From contig CM022676.1 of NCBI GenBank assembly GCA_012295275.1, positions 17,298,001 through 17,362,000 of the forward strand: a stretch of 64,000 bases of DNA, read 5' to 3'. Shown in pieces: positions 52,867 through 64,000 of this stretch. Under the pieces are notes generated by a model. The model saw nothing but the letters and a program-made list of their open reading frames with translations. It made no database searches and was not told the origin of the DNA. Position 1 is the stretch's first letter. Every line of letters begins with the position of its first letter. Position numbers and translations under genes: made by a program. This DNA is from Chrysomallon squamiferum (taxonomy: Eukaryota; Animalia; Mollusca).

Positions 52867-55800
52867 GTTGTTGTTATTATTATTATTATTAATATTTGTT
52901 TTGGATTTGAGTATGTATGTTTATTTAGTTTGAATAATTTCTTAATTATTTAATGTTTACTTCTTGGTTTATGGGCTAAAAGTTTCAAAATGTTTTTATT
53001 TATTTTTATTTTATTTTTATTTTTTTTTGGGGGGGGTCTTTTTTATTCTTCCTAATATTTACCACTTTGGTTTTTGATTGTACATTTTTAAAATTTATAG
53101 TATATTTTGTATGTGAATTTCGTGTATGTTTCAGTTTATTTCCCAATCCACACTTTATTTTATTATTTGTTTAATGTCAGCTTGTTGTTATCACTGACAG
53201 AATGTAGTAGTAGTAGTAGTAGTAGACTCTTAGGTTTAATGCATTTTAGTGCTCACTTTGGTCAATATCCCATTCCAACTTTATTTAAAGTATTTAGGTT
53301 GCTGTTACTAAGATGGAAGTAGATGGTTTGAACACTGAATCAAGTCAAACTATGTAACAGGATCAGTTCTGCATAATGTTTTATTTTCTTAAGATTAAGG
53401 GAAAAAATAATCAGTGTAATAAATATTTCTGGAAAAATAGTATACACAGAAGTATAATTCAGTCTGATATAAAACTAATAAAAAATAATAATGTTACAAT
53501 AGAACAAAAATTTAGAAGTAATAATGCTAAATGTTATTCTTGTGAATTTATAATAAATATTTAAAAGTTAGCTTTTGACACAATGTAAAACTTCCAATTG
53601 GAATGGGTAAACATTCTCATGAAAATAGAAAATGTCATGTTTGTGATCTTCACAAAATCTTGTATATTTGAATGTGACAATGCTGCATTATTAAAGGTGC
53701 AAAAAGGTTTACCTGGTAATTATACAAGACATAAGATTAAATTTACATATACTAACAGCAGGAATTAAAGGTGTATTATTAAAAGTGCCAAAAGATTTAC
53801 TTGATAATTATACAAGATATAAAATTATATTGATATATAATAAGAGCAAGAATAGTTTGTATTAAACAAAAGTAATGTCTGTTAATAAGAAATATATGTG
53901 AGAAACAAGGTGCATGTTAAACTGTCATTCAGTGGTATCAACTTCAAATCAGTGTTCGACAAAAAAACAATTTCAACTATAATTAATAAATAATGAATTC
54001 AGTCTGATCATTAAAAAATTACACCCAAGGAATTGAAATATAGTATATTTTAATAAGGTCAAGATCTGTATTACAAATTCACCAATAACATGTTCATAAA
54101 AAGTAGAAATTACTCCTGAATGAAAAAAAAGGATTCTGTTTGTAGTGATAGAAGTTTATATGTACATTTGTGATGTCTTGAAAATAACTGTTGAAACAAA
54201 ATTAAATTCAGTGAAGTATTTTGTTGTATTTAAAGAATTTTATTAACAGTTGCTATTTCAAAAATATAAATTAAAAATCTGCTTTCACTTGGTGAAGACA
54301 AATTATTATTAAATAATAAAATAAAGGCTAAATGAAGTAATAATAACAATATTACTTCTAGTGGTAAAATATAATAATAATAATAAATGATGTTGTAGAC
54401 AGATAAATTAGACTGAAGATAGGAAGGTATCATAGAGGCAGATAATTGTGTAGAGTGATACTCAGATGGTGTGTGTATATGTAAATATATGAACAGATAT
54501 ACTTAGGCAAAGGAAGATATATACAAACATACACATATGCATAGTTAATGTCTGTCAGATGGAAAGATATATAGATAGGTAAAAGATAAAAGCATGGTTG
54601 AATCATGGATGTGTGGGTTAACAAATACATGAAACAGACAGATGTGTGTAGTGATGTATCAGTGTATGGATGGATTTGATGGATACATTTAGGCTTCAGG
54701 GATACAACTGAGAAAACTGACTGACAGATAGATGGACTCAAAGACAGAGATACAGAGATATAATAAACCTGTGTACATTATACTTGAACAATTTAAATCA
54801 ATATGAAGTTTAATAAATATAATAGCCGAATAATAAGAAAATGTTAGAGTTGAGTGCTGGTCAATTTTACAATCCAGAACCAATGGATAGAAATCATTTT
54901 TGTAAAGATTGAAGTTTTAGTTGATTATTCCCCTAAGTAAATAATCCCATGAAACTCACTGAAAAAGACAAAAATAAATGAATAAATGAAATAATAATAT
55001 TAAAATAAATAAAATTAAAATAAAATTAAATTAAATTAAAAACAGCAAACAAACAAGAATTGGCCATCTTTTTGTTTCTTTTTCTCTCTCTCAGCACAAC
55101 TGGATGGGGAAAAGTTTACGCAGTACAGGAACAGATGATACTGATCACTAATGAATTAAGATTCAGTGACAGAGGCATGTCTATCTAGTTGTAAGTATGT
55201 CATACATGACACTACATATATTAGAGGTGCAGTGGGAATTTAGTTATTTCAACCTTTCATTGTACCAGGAAGAGCCCAGTTATACACTTAGGAGTGTAGA
55301 GTGATTTCTGATGATTGTATTAGATACTGCACACAAGAGATGAGCAGACAGACAGACAAACAGGTAGACAGAAGTGACAGAAAGTAGATGGATGGATGCA
55401 AAAACCATTGGAAGATTCTATAAATGTTATCATGGATGAATGTGCGGAGTTAGGTGGGAGACAATAATGGATGTAACCAGAGATGGTTAGTCAGACAATA
55501 GATATTTCTAGTTTTGTTTGTGAAGAGAATTTTAATCTGGAAATCCAGTCTGAGTTTGTCTATACTCAATGCTTAGTCTTAGTGGAAAATGGAATTTGTA
55601 TTTTGGTGTGTTTTATTATTGGTGAGTGTATGTGTGTGTGTGTGCGCGTGTCTGTATGTGTGTGGGTGTTTGTATATTGGTGTGTTTGTGTGTCTATATG
55701 TGTGTATGTATGTGTTTTGGAGAGACAATGGATGTTAATAAAAAGGTAAATATCAATCTATAAGTTTTTCATGAAAAAAGGACACTAAACAAAGAACTTA

Positions 55801-56459
55801 TGATACTCAGTGTTCATAATTATAACATTATTATTAAACACAATAAAATAATACATCTAATTATTGTATTTGGAGAAACAAACACAAACACTCACCCAGA
55901 CATACATATATGTTCACACATACACAAACAAACATACATACATCCATGCATCTTTAATAATATTCATATATACACAGCATACATACATACATCCATAAAT
56001 ACATACATTCACAACATACATATATACCTTTGGCCCTCAATTTCATGGACTAATAGATGGAACAAACATGTACATTTACGAAAGGTAAGGATTCAATAGG
56101 GAAATGGTGGTAAAAGTCAAATTCTGTGATTTTACACAAAGGTCTTTATCAAACAGTATAAAATACAAAATATATCTCAGTCTCGTGCAGGTTTTAGCTT
56201 GGCTGTAGAGCATCTGATGTAGGATGTATATGTATGTGTGTGCGTGTGTGTGTGTGTGTGTGTGTAAATACAGTAGCATGTATTTGTTCATCAGAAACAC
56301 AAGCTTCTTTTAAAACTGTGTTTGGCCAGCACCAAACCGTCAATATTGCAGTATACTACTAGAATAATGGCAATTTGTCACAGCAATCACATAAGGATTA
56401 TTCAAGCAGAACAGCAAATATATATATATGAAAAATGTAGGCATTTACGCTAACGCTTA

Positions 56460-58147
56460 TCAGGCAGTAGCCCTAAGGACTAAATATTCCAGGAATTAGG
56501 CCAAATAACTGAAATAGACCTCTAGTCATTACGCAAAATGACTGAATGAAAAACAATGACTTACAATTACATGAAAACATTTATTTCGAAACACATCACT
56601 TTATTACACCAGTTTAAACGTGGGTGACATCTTGCATTGCACAAAAGACTATGCTTAAAACATTCACAACATTATACTACTTCAGTACATATATCTACAT
56701 AAATGTTTTGTTTGACACTTCTTTGTCCCCCACAGCTGCATTTCAAAAATCCTTGCCCTCCTGTGGATGACTTCTTTAACACTGCTGCTCTAAGAGACAT
56801 TGTGCTTTCTCTGTTCAGATTTCCCTGAAGGTAAAACAACACACCTCAGTAAGAATCTGAATATGCAAGTAGATGAAAATAACGTGCTGCTTACAAGGAT
56901 GTTAAATCAAAAATCAGTTAAAATAACACTATGTGGTATCAATGCTTGCAAGTACTGATGGTCGGTGTTGAACTATAATTACCAGCTATTCTCACCCATT
57001 GTTTCAGAGATAATAGCATTCAGTTTACAGTGATCAGTCTCATTTCAGAATACCAACTATTATGAAATAATGGTTAGACTACTTTAGTACATATATCTAT
57101 ATAATTATATAGTTAAATAGGAATTTATTAGAAAGCCACATCAAACTAGCTTTCAGTTACTTAAACAGAGCTGTAAAACTTATAGCTATAGCTGGATCTG
57201 TATAACTGCCACATGTCTGTCCTGTAGGGTGTAAAACTGATCTACTTGTATTGCCTAGAAACGACCACACATGCCTCAGGATGGTGCATAGACTGGTTGG
57301 AACTTTAGTAGACATGCAGACACTAGTGGATTCCCCAAAACAACATTTCACCATAGCTTATACAATGTTTAAAGAAATCTAACATCTGTTACATATAAAA
57401 GAAGAGACTGCTGTCTGTCACAGGATACATATGGATAGAGCAGGACCAGATTAATGAAAATAAAAATTATGACCAAGAAATTAAGCTAAAAACATCTGTG
57501 AAATGTGATGATTGCTATAAATACATTACACATGGTAGAACAGTTCAGTTTTATTCAGTTAAATCTATACCAATGATTTATAAAAGATACTTAACAAAAG
57601 TGAGGCTATCAGCACATCAGCTGCATATTATGTAACTATTTGTACTTCTTGCATTTTTGATTATTGATACTGTACACCAGTAAGCTGTATAGCTTACAAT
57701 AATAAAACATTGCACATCAGCTGGCAATTGAGATAAGGAGATAAGGAATACTGAGAGAGCAGAAAGAATATGTATATTATGTAACAGTGGTGAGATTGAA
57801 GATGAAATTGAAAATAAGAAATCACTGTGTAATTCTGGAAAATATTTGTTTAATGCATTTCATTGTTAAAAAGTTTTGATTAGTTAGATATAATTTATGT
57901 GCTATATCATTTTTCATTTTTTTTTATTAATTATATTGTATATGAATAACCTGTAAAGCTTACAATAATAAAGAATTGAACTGAACCACTAATCCCTACA
58001 ATGAACAGCTGTAAACAAAACATAAAACCCATTTGACTCATTGCCTGAATTACCATCAGGCAGAATGTCAAACAAGATCAAACAAAATTCTGTCATTTGG
58101 CTAATTCCTGGAAAGTTTAGTCTTTAGGCCAAATGACTAGTTTCACA
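56460..58147 (-). mobile_element. Decayed Ginger2/TDD (KRBA2/SCAND3-like integrase) DNA transposon relic
   Basis: Minus strand 56824-56598 reads ...MSLRAAVLKKSSTGGQGFLKCSCG / TKKCQTK / CCECFKHSLLCNARCHPRLNWCNK (frameshift plus small insertion), the typical Cys-rich C-terminus of these transposases. Inverted repeats CCTAAGGACTAAATATTCCAGGAATTAGGCCAAAT (~56472-56506) and rc CCTAAAGACTAAACTTTCCAGGAATTAGCCAAAT (~58128-58095) flank it. Exact ends are uncertain. Confidence 0.7.
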
Positions 58148-58954
58148 TATTGACTGTAACATGTGTGTATCCAAGTCCAGGCTGAACTCTTTCATTATCT
58201 TTATATTCACATGATTTGGAAAAGAAAGAGAAATTTAAATTATATACTGAGTTTACTGAATATACTAAATAAAAATAAAATGAAGATGTTAGGAATAAAT
58301 ATCAGCCTATTAAACATTTTTTTGCTCTATGTTCCAGAATTATTTCTGCTGTGTTTCACTTCAATAAAAATTCAAAGAAGCACATTACGAAACAGTATCA
58401 GGACAAATCCTTTAGAAGCTAATTTTCACTTTATGACAAAGATGAATGCTGGGTCAAGACTGGTAAAGTAGACAAGTTATTTAGTACAGGTATTATTACA
58501 ATGATTATTATTATGTACTATATTCATTCATGTCTTCTGAAAGTGCATGTAGAACATCCTTTACCTGCCAGTGAAGAACACTCATAAAGAAATTTCTCTT
58601 TCTTTGTAGTTTCTATTCAGAAATATAGTTTCACACTTAAGAAATATTAATATTTAAAATAGTTTAACATGGCTTTAAATGTTCCTTTAACTGTAATCAT
58701 TCTATATACATAAATCATGATAGCTATTAATACTGAGACTAAGAGCAATATTATTAAATATTCATTTTTATTCTTATTTATTTACAACTTCTATAACAGG
58801 ACTCTTTGCTAGTCCATCCTGGTTTAACATGTTAGTTCTGAGACCAGGAAACTGAAATCAACTCAGACATGACAAAATTCTGTACCAAAACATCATGGAA
58901 AGGAACATCCTGCACAACCTTTTGTAAGTGTGTCTCTATTGTTATGTTTATCAG

Positions 58955-58997
<43 letters not shown>

Positions 58998-60054
58998 TTT
59001 TCTTTTCTGTGTTTGTTGGGAGGGTCATTTAAGAGTGTTTATATACAAGATAAAAGACGTAGTAAATGTTGGATCCTATTCAGTTAAAATTATAATTATA
59101 AGTAACGTTTCTGATTTCAGGACATTATTACTCTGTAGAATTGTCAGAAGCAGTCACAACCTGGGAGAAGAAATCTGAGATTGGTGCAAAACCAAGAGTG
59201 AGAAAATGTAAGATTAATTGTTTTAATATGTAACTAGTTATCACATAATGCTACTAAACAAATGATATTGTATTACTATAAATAATTATATAATAAACTG
59301 ACTTAAAACAAATTAAATTGAATAATATGTAGGAACAGGTTTAGTAAATGAATAAATAAGTGAGAAGGAGAGTGTAATTTCTCCTTGCACACTTTTGTGC
59401 ACTGATAATTACACAGTTGTTAAACATATGTTGATACCAGGTAAATAGTTTTTATTCTTAGTGTAAACACATTTCATGAGTCTAGAATGTAATTTTAAAG
59501 TCTGACTCACAGAGTATATATTTCCTGTTTTCTGATTTATCAACAATTTAAAATACAGTCATTTTAAAATGTGTTGATATGTACCAGTGTGTACCTAAAA
59601 TTCTTACATTTTTCAGGTTTTTGTTATTTCTAGTAAACCTGTTCACAATTTGATTCTTGTAATCTTAGACTGACATGTATGATCTGACATATAAAACGAG
59701 TTTTAAGTTGCACAGCAAAAGTATTTAAGTGTCTGAGACTAGAGGAGAGACAACATTTTAGAGTTTGATTCTAGGGTGTTTTACAGAGCACTTTTATAAA
59801 CACTGATGGCTCATTTTCTGAGAAATAGACAAATTTTTCCACCAACTGTGTCAACTGCCAGAACATTTATTTTTACACATAGAAGAGAAATAGAGGAATT
59901 AATCAGATATCAAAAAAAATCAATGAGCAAAATTCAGCTTAAAACATGGTTTGATGTGATGGGTCTTATGTCTATCTAGTAAATTCTCTAATTCACCTCT
60001 ATAATGTCTTTAGTGACCTCAGTTTTACTTTCCATTCCTCTTTAGACACTACTT

Positions 60055-60271
60055 AGTGATCTCAACACACCAGTACACTCATTTACTTCTAGAATGTTTC
60101 AGTATTGTCAGTGATCTCAATACACCAGTACACTCATTTACTTCTAGAATGTTTCAGTATTGTCAGTGATCTCAGTACATCATTACACTCATTTACTTCT
60201 AGAATGTTTCAGTATTGTCAGTGATCTCAATACACCAGTACACTCATTTACTTCTAGAATCTTTCAGTATT
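60055..60271. repeat. 55-bp tandem repeat, 4 copies
   Basis: AGTGATCTCAATACACCAGTACACTCATTTACTTCTAGAATGTTTCAGTATTGTC at 60055, 60110 and onward. Confidence 0.93.
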
Positions 60272-62029
60272 CTTTATCTTACATTCCTCTTCTTACTTCA
60301 GCACAGAAAGGTTTAATAAGAAAAATAACTTCCTTTAAAATGTTTATATTCAGACTGATTTTTAATTCTTTCAGCCATACATTTTTGGGATGAAAACTAT
60401 AGAATATTCCTTACAGTTGTAACAGTGTTTTGGTTATATTCAGATTGTTATGTATTGAAGTCTCAATGTGCAATGTTTAATTTTAGAATATCTGAATCAT
60501 TAAAAGAGCAAGTATGTTTGAAAACAGGCTCAGTCTTAGATAATAATAATTTTCATGTCTGTCATGATAAGGGAGATGTTAATAATTTTTATTTTTTATT
60601 TTTCTAATTTCATGTTTTTAACACAGAGTTGGCCTTCCTTACAACATCATTCAGAAGATGAAGCTGACAACTGAAGATGACAAATTACTAAACCTCATAA
60701 ACCAAGAACTCAAAACATAAACTGACAACATGGAAGTGGCAAAGTAAATCGAAAAAAAAGATTTTGTTTTACTTTGGTTCTTAATTTTTATTATTTCAGG
60801 GTTAGTAACATTTCTACATTTCTCTTCACAGTTGTGTCTACATTTTATCTTTTACATGAAGCAGTGAATGAATGAGGCGGGTAGAGTCAATGGATGAGTG
60901 AATTAATAAATATCTGTATAATTGTCAAACCTGATTTCTATTTATTTATTTTTATTTAATGTTGTTAAAAATTAATTATAATGAAAATAAATTTGCTGGT
61001 ACAGGGCTTGTTTTGTTTCTTTTTTGTTTTTTTTTAACAATTTTAGTTTGTTACTCACTGATTTTCAATGTTAAACATTCTCTTAAGTACTGAATACAAA
61101 ATTATTAACTAGTATAAAATGATATTATAATGCCTAGTAAATACTAAATTTTGGCTATTGTACCAAAACTATATAAATAAATATTTTTCACCCTGTAATT
61201 TAATAAAGCTTGCTAAACAAATAGGTGATAAAAAAAACCCATAAATATTTGAAATATTTATTTCAACAAGAAAACAACAAAGTTTATCACATAATTTTAG
61301 AAAAACTTTGCCAAAATCCTTAATTATAAATTTAGAAAAGCATGATAGAAAATGTTTCGAACTAAAAAGTATTTAAAATATATCTTAAGGTTCTAAAGAT
61401 TTGTGCTATAAACACAAAAATGCCATGATTTCTGATTTATCAATAAATGTTTATGATAAAATATACAACATAAAATGAAAAACAAGACATTTGTTTACAA
61501 AAACTACAAAACTTAATAAATAACTTGACAGATAATGTAACCTGAAATTAGTAATTAAGAACATTTTTAATTTCTGATTTTAATCTTCCAAACAAATATG
61601 TAGCATATATAGGTTTACACAACTGATTCCATTTTATGATTTAACAAACTTTTATAGGGTAAATCTTTACCAGAAGTCTTGGTATTCTGTTATTCTATGC
61701 TTCAGTTACATGATTAAGTACATAATTTTTTTTTTTCAAAAATTAAAAAAAAATAAAATAAAATAAATATATTATCTCCCTTGAACCATACATTTTTAAT
61801 CCGAAGTGTGTAGTTTTTTTAAAGCAGTAATCAAGTATTTCTAACATTAAATGATTTTTACAAAATATTTCTTTTTTTCACAGACTTGACTGTACTTGGT
61901 GCTGTGTCTGGTACAAACATTCTGTATGCATCTGATTTCATCAACAACACTGTGACTGAGTCTAAAACCATGTCACATTACACATTCTTCAGTCCATGAT
62001 TCACACTAGTAATGTTTTTAAAATGTTAG

Positions 62030-63636
62030 TTTGGTGTGGAACTTTCTAAACTCAGTTTTCTCCAGTTATTCAGTTTTTCATGTTTATTGTGGAGATGTTT
62101 TATCTTCTGTTTACTTAGTTCAGTACAGAAAACTTGACAAGTCATTTAGACTCAGTGGCCATCAGTTCTTGTAAATAGCTTTCTATGGTGTCTGAAAAGT
62201 AAAATATTACATTTTTTAACAACATCTGCTACAATTTTATATTTTTTTCATTTCAATCTGAAGTAATATATTCAACCAATAACAAGTACAGTTAATTTAA
62301 CTGAAATAAAATAAAGTTTAAGTTTATTTATTTAAACATTTCTTGTTGCACCTCTAATTTCGACTGTCTGGGGAAATGTGTGTTTAATACTAGTCTGAAT
62401 AAATCAACTCAGAACTATGAGAAATTTAAAAACATATACATATATATAATCTTTTTTAAAGAGAAACATCCATTTTTCTTTAATAAATAAGTAACTTAGT
62501 ATCTTTTATAAAAATTGATAACAAGTAAGATCAATAATTTTATCGGCTACTTGTTAAAGATAGATTTTTCTAAAGTAGATTCCTTTTCTTCCAATTGCTA
62601 TATCAATGTCATCTATAGAATCATTATTTAAAAAAAAAAAAATTATATATAATGATAACAATATTAAAAATATTCTCATATCACATTAAATGATTTACAT
62701 TTTACAGTTTATAAAATCTAGTTGTAAACCGAATTACCTGTCCATTATACTCAGCATCTGATTTCAAAACACTTCAACTCATCTGAGTGTCTGAGTTTGT
62801 ACAAATTTATTTTAACACCAACAACTGGAGAAGTACTACACTGAGTTGTACTACAAGCCTGGTCAAGTGGTCATCTTTGGCCTGAGAGAACTTTGTTCTG
62901 GTCAGCAAGGGCTTGTTTGTCCTGTAAAAGTAATAAACAAAACTTATCACTGATAACCCTAATAAATAAAAATAATTTACTAAAAATATATAGCAAATTA
63001 TTACTTAAAAGTTACCTAAAATATTAAAATTACAAATTATTTAGTCAGAATAAATACATTTTACATAATTTAAATATTACATTTTACATCATTATTAAGT
63101 TATCTCTTGAAAATGATCTGCTAGTCTGTTATTTTGTAAAAAATACAGAAGTTTACAATTTTTAGTGTTCATAATAATCAACAAAAATGCCAACTTTCAG
63201 TTTTGTGGTAAACTTGTCAAACATTGTAATTAACATTGTCTAGTTGTATGTAAAATAGAAGTCAATAACATCATGTTTTAAATAAATTCAAAATGATAAA
63301 GAATTGTCTAGTTGTATATAAAATAGAAGTCAATAACATCCATGTTTTAAATAAATACAAAATGATAAAGAATTGTCTAGTTGTATATAAAATAGAAGTC
63401 AATAACATCATGTTTTAAAAACAAACTGAATTTTTTGGTAACAGACATATTACTTATGGATATTTCAATAAAATCAAAACAGGAAAGAATTTCAAAGCTG
63501 AAGTTACAAAATAAAAAACAGTTCAAAACAACTTACTTCAAATTTACCACAACAAAACTTTAGCCAATCCATGATGCACACCAGCCCAGTGAACATTCTG
63601 CAATGAGCTTTGTCTGACTGTGCACAGTAAAAACCT
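62030..63636 (-). other. Exon-like segments of an unidentified minus-strand transcript (pseudogene, UTR or lncRNA)
   Basis: Higher-GC blocks with splice signals: ~63636-63537 (TTTTTCTCAG|...|GTAAGT), ~62921-62738 (CTTTTACAG|...CAG|GTAAT), acceptor at ~62192, donor at ~63896. Direct joins give stops, so no product is assigned. Confidence 0.35.
63235..63420. repeat. ~68-bp tandem repeat, about 3 copies
   Basis: ATTGTCTAGTTGTAT.TAAAATAGAAGTCAATAACATC at about 63235, 63303 and 63372. Confidence 0.9.
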
Positions 63637-64000
63637 CTGAGAAAAACAAAAATCTCAAAGTAAGGGAAGTAAAAACATTATAAAACTGATATTAAAAAAA
63701 AAAAAACATACTATATTTAAAAACATATTGGATAATATGCAAAAATAACAATTTAATTCATATCAAAAAATATTAATTGTTAACTCAAAAATAAATATTA
63801 ATTTCTATCAATAATTATTAAATTAATAAACATAAAAATTGAAATTCATGACAGTAATAAAAAAGGCTTACACTGTATTCACAAATAATCACTTACCTCA
63901 AACAATGGAAATCAAATGGAAATATGAATACAGTATTTATGATTAAGTAATGAATATTAATGTTATGAAAATGAGTACAGGGCAGGACTTACAGGGTCTG

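Noticed and set aside
62738-63636. Protein-coding gene from the minus-strand exon-like blocks (GFYCAQSDKAHCRMFTGLVCIMDWLKFCCGKFE)
   Set aside because: Joining the blocks gives early stops and no family was recognised; kept only as a low-confidence transcript feature.

Overview
AT-rich, microsatellite-laden eukaryotic DNA, most likely a gastropod mollusc (inferred from Nin-type SINE remnants and gene families). It is not prokaryotic. Three recognisable loci. (1) The 3' part of a ZNFX1-like SF1 helicase/NF-X1 zinc-finger gene (+, <2-3647, spliced to 3861), with a degenerate RZ finger followed by a frameshifted 27-bp coding minisatellite. (2) Beyond a 200-N scaffold gap, a convergent NLR-like gene (-): three small phase-1 exons read from splice signals, then a ~6-kb exon encoding an nSTAND3-type NTPase and a long ankyrin array. 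One small exon encodes a RHIM-like, amyloid-prone motif (VSNCRNVVFGNQVINI). The ankyrin units are near-identical in framework but hypervariable at surface positions and in an inserted acidic/aromatic loop. (3) A BTB-BACK-PHR gene (+, 39826-41336) with one in-frame stop. The divergent NLR-like and BTB genes carry inverted copies of the same CRE-containing upstream module, inside a region of duplicated non-coding blocks. Also present: a hAT MITE, a Tc1/mariner MITE, a probable Harbinger MITE, a Ginger2/KRBA2-like transposon relic, SINE remnants and several minisatellites. The lead hypothesis is an animal RHIM-like motif/STAND/variable-ankyrin receptor that parallels fungal amyloid-signalling NLRs. 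All calls come from manual reading; no searches were run.
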